Assembly: GCA_032128875.1 (NCBI GenBank)
Contig: JAVLKG010000003.1
Location: 1 to 64,000 of the forward strand
Length of the DNA stretch: 64,000 nucleotides
Direction: 5' to 3'
Origin: Candidatus Melainabacteria bacterium 17Bon1m
GTDB lineage: Bacteria > Cyanobacteriota > Vampirovibrionia > Obscuribacterales > Obscuribacteraceae
How positions within the stretch are numbered: the stretch's first letter is position 1; each line of letters begins with the position of its first letter. Below the pieces are notes generated by a model. That model worked only from the letters and a program-made list of their open reading frames with translations. It had not been told where the DNA came from and made no database searches. Both the position numbers and the translations under genes were made by a program. Below, in pieces: positions 20,035 to 30,790 of this stretch.

Positions 20035-21378
20035 CTATTTGCTGCCTAGTGTCTTGATTTCGAGATTGTCGACATCGCCTTTGAATGCGACGAATTTTGC
20101 AAAATCGTGTTGCAAAAATGCATCAAGCTGCTTCGTCATATCCTTTTTGCGCGGGTGTGCAGAGACGCTGAAACCTTGCTTGCGCAATTTGTCTGCGGCT
20201 TTCATAACGTCGGCAGTTTTGTCTCTGCTGGGATCGAAAATCAAGGCAAGTTTTTCTTTTGCATCTTTTGGTTTTGCGCCCTGATCCATCATGACGCCGA
20301 TAATGCGCTCAAACCCAATGGAGAAGCCGCATGCAGGAACATCGCGCCCAGAGAATTTCTCCACCATTTTGTCGTACCGTCCGCCCCCACCCATTGAGTA
20401 AGAGTAGCCTTTCATGCCGATTTCAAAGATTGGGCCCGTGTAATATCCCATGCCGCGAACCAGGGTCGGGTCGAAGACGATGTCGTATTTGCCTTCGGCT
20501 GTGCTTTGCACTCCGTCGATGATCGCTGCAAGCGATTTGAGTGCATCGGAAAGTTCTTGCGACAAGTTGTCTCCACCCTTTTGCAATGCCGTGGCAAAGC
20601 TCGTCAAATCAGCGTTTTGTTCTTGCGAGCTTCTCAAAAGTTGGCAGAGCGCTGTGACTGATTCTCCCGGCCACTTTTCCAAAAGCTCCTTCTCGACTCC
20701 TTCTACGCCAATCTTGTCGAGCTTGTCGATGGCGATAAAGATGGGATCGAAGCGACCTGTAAAACCGCAGTGCGCAACCATGGCAGTCAGCAAGCGGCGA
20801 TCGTTGATTCTGATTTGGAAGTCACTGAAGCCAAGATTAAGAAGTGCCGCAGATGAAGCCGCTAATAGTTCAGTTTCAGCAATCTCAGACTTGACACCCA
20901 GAATGTCGATGTCGCATTGAGTAAACTGACGAAAACGACCCTTTTGAGGGGCTTCTGCACGCCATACCGAGCCGATTTGAATAGCTTTGGTCGGGAAGAG
21001 CAGATCGTTTTGATTGGAGCAGAAATAGCGCACAAGTGGAACCGTTAGGTCGAATCGCAATCCAAGGTCTGCAAGTTGGTCGCGCTCAACGCTGGAACTC
21101 TCTAAAACCTTTTCGAGTTTTTCTCCACGCTTGAGTACTTCATAAATCAGTTTGAGGTTCTCACCGCCTTCGCCACCCTTCAGATTTTGCAGGTGTTCCA
21201 GTGCCGGTGTTTCAATGCGCGAAAAACCAAATTGCTCATAAGTTTCTAGAATCACTCTTGTAGCCCAATCACGCAATGCTGTTTCCTTTGGCAAGAGGTC
21301 GCGCATGCCGCGGGGAGGAGCCAGACTGAGCGGCTCTTTGCTTTCGTTGGTTTTCATTTGGGTTCCAGATCCTGTCAT
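20035..21378 (-). CDS. hisS: Histidine--tRNA ligase
   Basis: PRGMRD, LRFDLTVP, GRFRQFTQCD, RGMGYYTG, GGGRYD, GFERI. Confidence 0.97.
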   Translation of the reverse strand: MTGSGTQMKTNESKEPLSLAPPRGMRDLLPKETALRDWATRVILETYEQFGFSRIETPALEHLQNLKGGEGGENLKLIYEVLKRGEKLEKVLESSSVERDQLADLGLRFDLTVPLVRYFCSNQNDLLFPTKAIQIGSVWRAEAPQKGRFRQFTQCDIDILGVKSEIAETELLAASSAALLNLGFSDFQIRINDRRLLTAMVAHCGFTGRFDPIFIAIDKLDKIGVEGVEKELLEKWPGESVTALCQLLRSSQEQNADLTSFATALQKGGDNLSQELSDALKSLAAIIDGVQSTAEGKYDIVFDPTLVRGMGYYTGPIFEIGMKGYSYSMGGGGRYDKMVEKFSGRDVPACGFSIGFERIIGVMMDQGAKPKDAKEKLALIFDPSRDKTADVMKAADKLRKQGFSVSAHPRKKDMTKQLDAFLQHDFAKFVAFKGDVDNLEIKTLGSK

Positions 21379-22151
21379 TTGGGCGCCTTATTCAAAATGG
21401 TGCGGAGACTAAGGACGATCTTCTCAGAAGAGGGCTGTAAATAGAACCGAAAGAGCCGATTTGTGAATTAAGTCGGCGGCGCGATCGCTTTCTTTGGCGA
21501 TGGGTTTGCATCGTTTTTAAGTGGCTCTAGCGAATCATGTATGCACGCAGATAACTAGCTGTTCATGCGGGAAGTGCATATCGATGTAAGAGCAAGTGGT
21601 TGTGAATAAAAGTGAAGAGTCGTCTGGTAATTGTTTCGAAATTCAATCACCGAGAGCGTTTTAAGACTCTTAACGCACAATTAAATCTTCTGCTAGCTCA
21701 CTTAGCTGCGCGATTGTATAAACGGAAATTCGCTACCTGACCTAGACTTAATCACGGCGATGTTGCGACCGGGTAAGGGTTTTCCCCAACGACAACTGGC
21801 AGCCAAGCATGCTGAAATGTCCTCAAACGCATAAATGACGGATATCTTGGGTGCGCGAAAAAGCAATACCGCTACCTTGCGAAAGCCATATATCTTTCTG
21901 CAACAGAGAATTACAGAGAGCTTGTTGTTAAGAGGGAATTTGTTCGTTGTTGAGTTCTAGATTCACGATGTTTCTTTCCCATCACAATTTTTTTCCGGAG
22001 TCCGCATAAGGTTCGCCCTTAGCCATCCGCTCACACCACAGCATCTTTTTTCGCTCGTTTATCGCGGGAGGGAGAAGTTTGGCTATTTGCGAACCTGCAG
22101 CTTGCTTGAAGAACATCTTCAAGCTTGAAAAAAGTCTGCAAGGAGAAACAT

Positions 22152-22379
22152 ATGACTCATACCTCGCACAAGCATGGTCAGCCACTCATCGACCTGCCGG
22201 TGCATGGTCAAGAGCGTCTATGCGGCATCTCACTGATGGGGCGCGACTCTGGTCGCTGCTCGTCGTGTAGGCATTTTGCTCCTGTGTTGTTCCAGGGCTT
22301 CTGCGTTGAATGCGCAGCTTTTCACAACCTCGACCTGATGCGACCGCAACACCCGGCGCGTCCGCATTTGGCTCGATAG
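22152..22379 (+). CDS. Small Cys/His-rich putative zinc-binding protein
   Basis: AAGGAG RBS; CSSC...CVEC; 24 nt upstream of the next gene. Confidence 0.6.
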   Translation: MTHTSHKHGQPLIDLPVHGQERLCGISLMGRDSGRCSSCRHFAPVLFQGFCVECAAFHNLDLMRPQHPARPHLAR

Positions 22380-22403
22380 TCTCAAAATTAGGAGACACCG
22401 ACT

Positions 22404-23249
22404 ATGAACGAACAATTGAAGCTTGAAATGGACGCTGTCGATCAGCGTGCAGACGAGATTCTCGCGCGCATCGAACAGCTCGCTGGCGACCTCGACGAGA
22501 AGTCGTTCGAGCTCATCGAGCCTGACCTGACGGCTTGCCTGGAAACCATGGCAATCGCGGGCGAACTCACCGATCTTGCCTCCATCCTCGAGTTGGAAGA
22601 GTCGACTGCAGGCATCGAGCCCGCCGTCGAAGCGCCCAACGAAGAGTCTGCCGCCGACGCGGGCAAGGGAGACAACTCATTCTTCAACTTCCTGACGCAA
22701 TTCTTCTCCGGCTTGCCGGCGACGGTTGTGAACCTTATTCCGAATGACAAGAAAGTCACTGCCAAAGACGAGCAGAAGCCGGAAGGCGACTGCTGCGTCG
22801 ATGTGGAGGAACCCTGCATGGCCAAAGACAATGCTCAACCAGCGGAAGGCGAGAAGGCATCGAAGAAACTGCCGCTCGCTGAAGAACCGCAGATCACCAT
22901 TTGTATCGCTCCTTCGACGAGCGACTACTTCAAGGACAAGAAGCCGACCAACACCGACTCCAAGGACGCCGACAAGAGCGATGCCGAGGGTCAGCCCGTA
23001 GGCAAGCTTCGTCCTGCTCACCCCGAAGACCAGCTCGGCCTCAAGGACGGGCTTGGCGATCCCGAAGACGGCGGCATGTGCATGGAAGATGAGAACGGTG
23101 CCTACACCTGCATCATCGTCCCGTCGCACAAAGACCTGGCTTCTTCGCTCTTGAAGGGTGCCCGGCGCATGCTCGGGTTCTCCGACAAGGCGCTCGGCAA
23201 CGCCGAGAAGAAGCTGCCGAAGAAGGACGACGAGACCGAGAAGAAGTAA
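22404..23249 (+). CDS. Acidic, likely disordered hypothetical protein
   Basis: AGGAG RBS; D/E-rich; strong codon bias. Confidence 0.85.
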   Translation: MNEQLKLEMDAVDQRADEILARIEQLAGDLDEKSFELIEPDLTACLETMAIAGELTDLASILELEESTAGIEPAVEAPNEESAADAGKGDNSFFNFLTQFFSGLPATVVNLIPNDKKVTAKDEQKPEGDCCVDVEEPCMAKDNAQPAEGEKASKKLPLAEEPQITICIAPSTSDYFKDKKPTNTDSKDADKSDAEGQPVGKLRPAHPEDQLGLKDGLGDPEDGGMCMEDENGAYTCIIVPSHKDLASSLLKGARRMLGFSDKALGNAEKKLPKKDDETEKK

Positions 23250-23505
23250 GTCGCAGCGGCTCCATAGCCGTTGACGACACCGGGTGGCGGCTGTGGCGCA
23301 AAAGGTCCTGGACCTGCGTTTGAACAGCCGCTCACCTTAGTAAGCGTAGAGATGAGTGGTCGTGCAGACTCCTCACTTCCACGTCGGTAAAAGCAATCTG
23401 GAAGTTTCGATTGAAGCCCGATTTGCGGACGCCTTAAATGGTCTCCACTCTTCGGGTTTCCTTCTTGGTGCCAGGCATACTAGCTGTGGTAGTAGCATTG
23501 AGCAT

Positions 23506-23571
23506 AAAAAGACAAGGCAGTAGTAATGGCGCATGTTCGGGGCTGCCGAACACACGCTTTCCTACCGCCTT
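23506..23571 (-). terminator. Long hairpin terminator of the tld operon
   Basis: Minus strand aaggcggtagg...ctactgcctt followed by gtcttttt. Confidence 0.65.
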
Positions 23572-23674
23572 ATCTGGGTGTCTGTGCAGCTGCTGCAGAT
23601 ACGGCGGCTGCATCTGCTGGTGGTCTGGCGACCGCTCCAAACAGATGCAACCGCCCACCCTGGGTGCTTCTCCA

Positions 23675-25030
23675 TCAGGCTTTCGTCCGGGAGGAGAAGC
23701 GGAAATTCTCGATCTTCATCGGCGGAACAACCGCCGGGAAGGTCTCTTCACCTGCCGCCAAAACCGGCTGACCGATTTCGACGACGTTCTTGAGCATGTC
23801 GATTACCGACTGGTTGAAGCGCAAGTTTTTGATGCCCCGCGTCACCTTGCCGTTCTCGATCAAGAACGTGCCGTCACGAGTCATGCCCGTGAGCAGCTTG
23901 GTGTTGGGATCGACGTCACGCACATACCACACACGCGTCAAAAGAATGCCGCGCTGAGTCGATGCGATCATCTCCTCCAGAGACGAGTCACCGCCGGCGA
24001 CGACGATGTTCATCGGGAATTCGCCTTCGGCAGAAGAAGGCGCCGCACCGTGACCGGTCGGGCTTCCACCGAGATACTTCACAGAGCGACGGCTCTTGAC
24101 CGGAGTCTTGAGCTTGCCGTCCTCGACGATCGTCACGGTCTTGCGGTTCATGCCTTCGTCGTCGAAGAAGAAGCCCGTCTGCAACTCGTGATTGGCATCA
24201 TCCGTGATGGTGATGTTCTTCCCGAGCACCGACTTGCCGATCTTCTTGTAGAACGAGGACGTCTCGTACCAGTGCTCCGTGCCGGTGAAGTCGTCGTAGA
24301 GGAAGCAGATGAGGTCGAGAACCGCGGACGGCTCCAGAATCACCGTGTAGTCCCCGGGACGCACATACACCGGATTGCGGCTCTTGCGAGCACGCGAGGC
24401 AGCACCTTCGGCCAGAGCGACCGGGTCCACTGCATCGAGATTGCACCCGTAACCCTTCTGCCAGCCGGACGACGAAGCCGAGAGCATCGTGATCGAGCAC
24501 TCGACGTTGGTCTGCTGGTCAAAGCGGAAGAGCCCGGCGGAGTTGCCGATCGCATACGAATTGAGGTACGTAGCGAAGATTCCAGCGGCGCTGAAGCGAC
24601 CGCGTCGTGCAACCTCGACGATGGATTTGACGCGCTTCAGTCGATCCTCGGGTCCGAGTGCCGCGATGCGCGGGTCGTAGCGAGAGAACTTCGGCGTGGC
24701 GTCCTCGGTGAGATTCGACGGCTTGAGCACGCGCAGCGTCGTCGAGTCATGCGGCAGAACAGCGGCGGTTTCAATCGCCTTGTCGACTGCGCGCTTGATC
24801 GCTTTCGTGCTGGTGCTGTCCGTCGCGAAAGTCGCAGTGCGACCCTTTGCGTTGACGGTGATGGTCACCGTCGTTGTGCAGGTGTCGACGTGCTGCGTCA
24901 TCTCGTTGTTGGCAAACCGCGAGGTCGCCTGATCCTGCTCGAACACCGTCACCTGCATGTCGGTCACGCGGTTGCCCGCATGCGCGATCGCGAGGTCGAT
25001 GATCTTTTTGCACTTTGCTTCAGTGATCAT
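23675..25030 (-). CDS. pmbA: TldE/PmbA family protein
   Basis: RFANN, FDDEG, TGH, TGMTRDG, NLRFN; no HExxxH; overlaps the tldD stop codon. Confidence 0.88.
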   Translation of the reverse strand: MITEAKCKKIIDLAIAHAGNRVTDMQVTVFEQDQATSRFANNEMTQHVDTCTTTVTITVNAKGRTATFATDSTSTKAIKRAVDKAIETAAVLPHDSTTLRVLKPSNLTEDATPKFSRYDPRIAALGPEDRLKRVKSIVEVARRGRFSAAGIFATYLNSYAIGNSAGLFRFDQQTNVECSITMLSASSSGWQKGYGCNLDAVDPVALAEGAASRARKSRNPVYVRPGDYTVILEPSAVLDLICFLYDDFTGTEHWYETSSFYKKIGKSVLGKNITITDDANHELQTGFFFDDEGMNRKTVTIVEDGKLKTPVKSRRSVKYLGGSPTGHGAAPSSAEGEFPMNIVVAGGDSSLEEMIASTQRGILLTRVWYVRDVDPNTKLLTGMTRDGTFLIENGKVTRGIKNLRFNQSVIDMLKNVVEIGQPVLAAGEETFPAVVPPMKIENFRFSSRTKA

Positions 25031-26580
25031 TTGGAACCTCCCGCGCAGTGACGATGGTGTCTCGCCACCTTTGCATGGTGATGGCCGGAGTGCGGCTTGC
25101 TGTGGGCAGCGCCTTTCGGCTTGTCCTCAGCAGGCTTGGCGACGCCAACCTTGGTGTTCTTGAAACGCGCCGGCGCCGCACCGTGGCCGGTGCCGATGGC
25201 CTGACAGGGCTGACCCTTCGCACACGTCGGGATGCCCCAGTACACGTGCTCGGACGGCCCGCAGATGGCGTCGCAGCTGTTCCAGAAGTTGGTGGTGATG
25301 CCCCAGTAGCTCGGGTTGCGGACCGGCTCGACGATCTTGCCGTTCTTGATCAACCAACCGATTTCCGTGCCGAACTGGAAGTTGTGGCGACGGTCGTCAA
25401 TTGACCAGGAATAGTTCGTGTCGAGCAGGATGCCCTTCTTGGTGTCGGCGATCAGGTCCTGGAGAGAACCCGCATCACCCGGCTCCAGAGAGACGTTGGT
25501 CATGCGAACCAGAGGCGTGAAGCCCGGCCCGGTTGCCCGCATCATGCCGCCCGAACGGTCGAGACCGAGTTCGTGTGCGGTTTCACGCGAGGTCAGGTAG
25601 CCGACGAAGAGGCCGTTCTTGACCAATTCCACACGCTGACCCGGAACACCATCGTCGTCGTAGGCGAAGGTGCCGAGCGCATTGGGAACGGTCGCGTTGG
25701 CCGTCAGGTTGACGATCTTCGAGCCGTACTTCAGCTTTCCGAGGTTGTCCGGCGTCAGGAAGCTGGCGCCGGCATAGTTTTCCTCTTCGCCGAAGACACG
25801 ATCCAACTCGGTCGGGTGACCGGTCGATTCGTGGATCTGGAGCGCCAGCTGGGAGGCACCCAGAATCACGTCAGTGACCATCTCCGGGCACTGACGTGCC
25901 TTCGAGACCATCACCGACTCCTCAGCGACGCGCTGAGCGTTACCCAGCAAGTCCCAACGCTGCACCATTTCCCAGCCGGCGGACTCGTACTGACCGCCGA
26001 AGGAATTGGGCCACGAGCGCACGAAGTGCTCGTCCACGCCCGCCTGTGCGTCGATGCCGCAGCCGGAGGTGAGGAAGGTCTGCGTGATGTCACTGCCGTC
26101 GGTGGAGACGAACAGCTTCTTCTCACGGGTGAACGTGAGAAGGCCCGAAGTCTGCTTCACGCCACGCGTCTTGCGCATGAGCTTTTCGCATTCGAGCAAC
26201 AGGCTGACCTTGTCGTTGGTGGAGATTTTGAACGGGTCGATGCTGAAGGGCGACTGCCAGATTTCCTGGTGAGCCGCTTCCTTAGCCAGCTTGACACGGC
26301 CGTTCAGGAGACGAGAGCTGGCCTTCGCCGCTTCCACCGCCTTGGTGACGGCAGCAACGACGCCCAGCTTCGTGAGATGGCGTGCGGTGGCAAAACCCCA
26401 ACCGCCACGCACCAGGACGCGGATACCGAGACCGATGCTCTCGTTGTCTGCTGCGTAGACCACATACAAGTCACGAGTTTCGACAGTCTCGGAGACCGTC
26501 TTGATCAAGCGCGCGTCGGCGTAGCTCGCACCTAGGCTGCGAGCCACGTCGAGCGCATAAAGCGCTAGTTCTTTGTTCAT
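25027..26580 (-). CDS. tldD: TldD metalloprotease
   Basis: GASYADAR, HESTGH, DDDG, RMTN, CAKGQP. Confidence 0.92.
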   Translation of the reverse strand: MNKELALYALDVARSLGASYADARLIKTVSETVETRDLYVVYAADNESIGLGIRVLVRGGWGFATARHLTKLGVVAAVTKAVEAAKASSRLLNGRVKLAKEAAHQEIWQSPFSIDPFKISTNDKVSLLLECEKLMRKTRGVKQTSGLLTFTREKKLFVSTDGSDITQTFLTSGCGIDAQAGVDEHFVRSWPNSFGGQYESAGWEMVQRWDLLGNAQRVAEESVMVSKARQCPEMVTDVILGASQLALQIHESTGHPTELDRVFGEEENYAGASFLTPDNLGKLKYGSKIVNLTANATVPNALGTFAYDDDGVPGQRVELVKNGLFVGYLTSRETAHELGLDRSGGMMRATGPGFTPLVRMTNVSLEPGDAGSLQDLIADTKKGILLDTNYSWSIDDRRHNFQFGTEIGWLIKNGKIVEPVRNPSYWGITTNFWNSCDAICGPSEHVYWGIPTCAKGQPCQAIGTGHGAAPARFKNTKVGVAKPAEDKPKGAAHSKPHSGHHHAKVARHHRHCAGGSK

Positions 26581-26876
26581 TTGTGGCTCCCGTACGCACT
26601 TTCGTGCGCGCTGTATGAAAACCGTCGCCGCTGCGGCGCCGGTTTCCGGGATTTGAGAGATGGAGAGGTGTATGGTGCTGTGTGGCGAAATTCGATGAGA
26701 ACTCGCCGAGCATCACACCTGACTTACAGATGGCAGCGGCCTCAACCTGTAGGGCCCACGCCATGCGTCGACCGTGACGCCAAGCGTCTTCCAACAGGCT
26801 GATACCACTGCCTCATCTGCACTGCAGAGCACTCAGTGTGCTCGAGATTGCTGAATCAGATGGACGGCTAAGTGGT

Positions 26877-27443
26877 TCAGGAAGCGCAGCTCAACACCGG
26901 AAATCCGAAGTCGAACTTGCCTCCTGCCTTCTTAACTGCAGCGGCCTTCTCTCGCGTCTCCCGCACGAAGCAGTCGAATCGAGACGAAAGTCGTTCTTGG
27001 TCCTCGTCCTTAGCGAAATCGTCCGGTTGGAGCACGCCGTCCTTGATGGCAACGACGACGAGCTCTTTCGGCATGCCCACAATTGCGCCGGCTTCGATGA
27101 GCACGGGGTTACCCGCACCACCGCCCGAAATCGCAACGGTAGGAATACCGGCTTGAGACAGCGCTTTCACAATCGGCTCACCGCGATCCACGGGGCCGAT
27201 CAGTCCGCCGTCCACCAGCGCCAGTTCGAAATCGCCGAAGACAACCTCGATCAAGCGGCTTGAATCACCGTCCCACTTATCACTCATGGGCTCGGCGTCC
27301 TTGCTTGCGAGGATTCCCTTCAGCCGATCGGCGCCGACGGATTCGGCACCGATAATCCAGGTCACTTGGTGACCACGGGCTTCGAGTTGCTGTCGCATGG
27401 GACCAGCGAAGCCCGCCATGTCTTCAATTAGGAGAATTTTCAT
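26877..27443 (-). CDS. Atypical receiver-domain protein
   Basis: MKILLIED, LALVD, VAISG, GMPK; insertion in the receiver fold; no output domain. Confidence 0.7.
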   Translation of the reverse strand: MKILLIEDMAGFAGPMRQQLEARGHQVTWIIGAESVGADRLKGILASKDAEPMSDKWDGDSSRLIEVVFGDFELALVDGGLIGPVDRGEPIVKALSQAGIPTVAISGGGAGNPVLIEAGAIVGMPKELVVVAIKDGVLQPDDFAKDEDQERLSSRFDCFVRETREKAAAVKKAGGKFDFGFPVLSCAS

Positions 27444-27561
27444 GGTTCTCTCCCTTTCTGTTACAGGGGGGCGTTATGGAAAGCATCGACGGGCTGCCCT
27501 ACTGCATGTGGCCCGACGACTGGCTCAAGCGCGGTATTGCGCTAAGAGCTACTTTCCAAGA

Positions 27562-28074
27562 TTAGGCAGGCAGATTCGCGAACGGCGACTCGAAAGGCTT
27601 GATGCCTTCCATGCCGCTGTCGGAATCGCCCACGAAATCGAGGAACATCTGGTGTGCAGGGTCACCCGCGCGAGCAGCCGACTTGCGGCTGTAATCGGTG
27701 GGGTCGCACTCCAGGCGAATCTCGACGCGAACAGCGCGCGAGAATCTTACCGTCAGGTAGGCCGTGATCTGTTCGACCAGGGCGTCTCTGCGGTCGACCG
27801 GCTCGACGACGCTGAATGACAGCGGTGAGCAGTCCATGAGGTCGAAGTCGTTCGTGTGTGCCCAGATGCGCTCGGGCTTGTGTTGCCCGTCGCTTTCGCC
27901 GGCGGCGAAGTGGTCGCACATGATCCACTCGAAATTGTTGTACTGCTTGTCCGGATCGATGAAGCGCACCCGGCAGGTGCTGACGTCACTTGCGCATGCA
28001 GCACCCACGACAGCCTCGACGACTGTGCGGATGAAAGCTGCGACCTTTCCGGATGAGACAACGGCTTCTTGCAT
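27562..28074 (-). CDS. Hypothetical protein
   Basis: AAGGAG RBS; codon bias; first gene of a probable operon with tldD/pmbA. Confidence 0.7.
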   Translation of the reverse strand: MQEAVVSSGKVAAFIRTVVEAVVGAACASDVSTCRVRFIDPDKQYNNFEWIMCDHFAAGESDGQHKPERIWAHTNDFDLMDCSPLSFSVVEPVDRRDALVEQITAYLTVRFSRAVRVEIRLECDPTDYSRKSAARAGDPAHQMFLDFVGDSDSGMEGIKPFESPFANLPA

Positions 28075-28922
28075 TTAGTTCACTCCTTGCTTGTCGACGT
28101 ACCTAGCAGGAAAAAAACGCTCCCTGACTTACAACACGCAAGCCACTCGAAAGAGACATGAGAGCGCTCAAATCCAGGAGAACTCCTACTTTGAGCAACA
28201 ACGACACTCAATACCTGAAAGCAAAAGACCAGCTAATGTCCGCGCTCGGAGGAGCGAGAAAGTAAAGCTTCAAAATGCCGATAGGTATTGAGTTCGAAGT
28301 GCTTTTTTTAGTGGAGAGAGAAAAAGAGATGTAACTGCACCATACTCCTCACCCTGTGGGCATGCAACGCTCGAAAGTCGACGCGTGAGCTGGGTTTAAG
28401 GTGTGCACTGATGGCGAAATCTTGTCAACCTGGTCTCGGTAAGGCTTTGACTCTTGCCAAGCTCCGAAAGTCTTTGCCTGTACATACCTTGGAAGACTCT
28501 AAAGAAACGATTAATACTTGGCGCGGGCTCCGCTAATAATTAGCTATAAGCCATAGCTCAAAACTTCTGTTTCTCCTGTCATAGCTGCGAGAATTAGAGT
28601 TCTGATTTCAAGAAGTGTATTCACCAACTCCTCTTGGTTATGGTGACTGGTCACTTTTTTTTCCAGCCCGAGACCTCCTCTCCAGAGAAACCATAACCAG
28701 AACCTCCGATAAGCATTTTGCTGCGGCTCCAACCGCACCCTGATCAGGTCTGGCTTGTTGGGTTCTCAATCAACGTCTTTCCGCGTGCGACGGGAAAGGC
28801 ATCAGTTTCTTCGCTAAGACGACTCCGCCAACTAGAAATCGCCCAACTAAACGCAGCTTCTCGGTTTTGAGTGTTTCAAAACTCTCTAGCTGCGCGGCTT
28901 TGGGTTGTTCGGAGAACAAAAT

Positions 28923-30632
28923 ATGAGTCTGTTACAGAAACTCTTGCGGCGCAAAAGCGTGCACGACCTCCAGAATGGAGGCGCCGACGACGCTGAGGGC
29001 CCCAAGCTCAACAAAGTACTCACAGCCAGGGACGTCTTCAATCACGGTGTAGCGGCAATCATCGGCACGGGCATTTTTGTGCTCACCGGTGTCGCTGCCC
29101 ATGACCATGCCGGTCCCGGCATCATCCTCTCCTTCCTTCTCGCGGGCTTCGCCTGCGCCTTCGTGAGCTTTGCTTACGCTGAGCTCTCCTCGATGATTCC
29201 CGTGTCGGGAAGCGCATACACGTACACCTATGCCACGCTCGGCGAAATCTTCGCCTGGCTCATCGGCTGGGACTTGCTGCTGGAATACGCAGTCGGTGCC
29301 AGTGCCGTGGCTGTCGGTTGGAGCGCTTACTTGCAAAACGTCATGAAGGCGCTCGGCTTGCATCTACCCCAATTCCTGTCGCATGCACCTGAGTCCGTCC
29401 CATGGCAGGCGGTTCTCATTGCGGCAGGCACAATTACAGTCGGCATAATGGGCATGTTCCGTTCGCGCGCGTCGCTGACTGGACGAGCCGGTGCAGGCAC
29501 TTACGTGATCGGTCTTGTATCGGCTGCAATTGTTGGCTTCGGATTGGTCAAGACCTGGGAGGTTGCAACACACCTCACTTCCGTCGACCTGCCTGCCATT
29601 CTCATCGTGCTCTTCATCAACTTCTGGCTGGTCAAAGGCGTCTCGCACACTGCCAAAATGACTGCCGTGTTTGTTGCCATCAAGGTCGCGGTCATTCTCT
29701 TCTTCATAGGCGTCGGCATCTGGCACATCGACACCACCAACTATCACCCGTTCTTGCCATTCGGCTGGCACGGCGTGTTTACCGGTGCTGCAATTGTGTT
29801 CTTTGCTTACATCGGCTTCGACGCCGTGACGACCCTTGCCGAAGAGTGCAAAGACCCGCAGAAAGATGTGCCGAAAGGTGTCATCGGAAGCCTTATCGTC
29901 TGCACGGTGCTCTACATCCTTGTCGCGGCGATCATGACCGGCGCCATGTCCTACCTGCTTCTGGGCGGGTCGGAAATCGCCGCTCCCATGGCTCGCGTAC
30001 TCGATCACTTGGGCTACTGGTGGGCATCGCCGTTAGTGTCGATTGGCGCCATCGCTGGTATCACTTCGGTGCTCATCGTGCTGCTCTTCGGTCAGTCGCG
30101 CATTATGATGCGCATGGCTAAAGACGGGCTTATCTCGCCGATCTTCGGCAAGATTCACGACAAGTATCGCACTCCGGTATGGTCGATTGGCATTTGGGGC
30201 GTGCTTGTCGCACTCACCGCCGGACTGCTCCCCATCAGCGAATTGGCTGAGTTGACCAACATCGGCACTCTCGCTGCGTTCGTTCTGGTTTGCGTGGGAG
30301 TGATGATTCTGCGCGTGAAAGAGCCCGACCGTCCGCGCAAATTCAAGTGCCCGGACTTTCCTCTGGTCAAGCCTGCCGGCAATCTCGCCGTCACTTGCTT
30401 GACGAAAGTCTTCGCAGTGAAGCCGGAGACTGACGCGCGTCTCAGGTCCTACGTGGCCTCATTTGCATGGATGTTGATTCCCATACTCGGCGCCGGCATG
30501 AGCCTGGTCTTCATGTTCAGCCTGCCTGCCATCACCTGGATCCGATTTACGATCTGGATGGTTTTGGGTCTGGTCATCTACCTGTTTTACGGACGCGTGC
30601 ACAGCAAGCTGAATAAGACGCAGGAAAAGTAA
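28923..30632 (+). CDS. APC family (cationic) amino acid permease
   Basis: IIGTGIF, AGP, YAEL, GSAY.Y, FFAYIGFD, EE.K.PQ motifs; GGAG RBS before ATG 28923. Confidence 0.95.
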   Translation: MSLLQKLLRRKSVHDLQNGGADDAEGPKLNKVLTARDVFNHGVAAIIGTGIFVLTGVAAHDHAGPGIILSFLLAGFACAFVSFAYAELSSMIPVSGSAYTYTYATLGEIFAWLIGWDLLLEYAVGASAVAVGWSAYLQNVMKALGLHLPQFLSHAPESVPWQAVLIAAGTITVGIMGMFRSRASLTGRAGAGTYVIGLVSAAIVGFGLVKTWEVATHLTSVDLPAILIVLFINFWLVKGVSHTAKMTAVFVAIKVAVILFFIGVGIWHIDTTNYHPFLPFGWHGVFTGAAIVFFAYIGFDAVTTLAEECKDPQKDVPKGVIGSLIVCTVLYILVAAIMTGAMSYLLLGGSEIAAPMARVLDHLGYWWASPLVSIGAIAGITSVLIVLLFGQSRIMMRMAKDGLISPIFGKIHDKYRTPVWSIGIWGVLVALTAGLLPISELAELTNIGTLAAFVLVCVGVMILRVKEPDRPRKFKCPDFPLVKPAGNLAVTCLTKVFAVKPETDARLRSYVASFAWMLIPILGAGMSLVFMFSLPAITWIRFTIWMVLGLVIYLFYGRVHSKLNKTQEK

Positions 30633-30790
30633 GTTCGCCTGTTCCACTGCGGTTGAACGGTGATTGAACTTGTCGATATTTCCTGTTGACTTGTTCGGAG
30701 CTTCAGTGTGCGGGGCGCCCGGCATCTGGTTTTACATCAGGTGCCGGTGCGTCTTTGCACTTACCAAAAACAAAAACCGAGGAAAAACTA

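Noticed and set aside
21481-21488. Cyanobacterial HIP1 octamer GCGATCGC
   Set aside because: Only a handful of copies noticed; no evident enrichment
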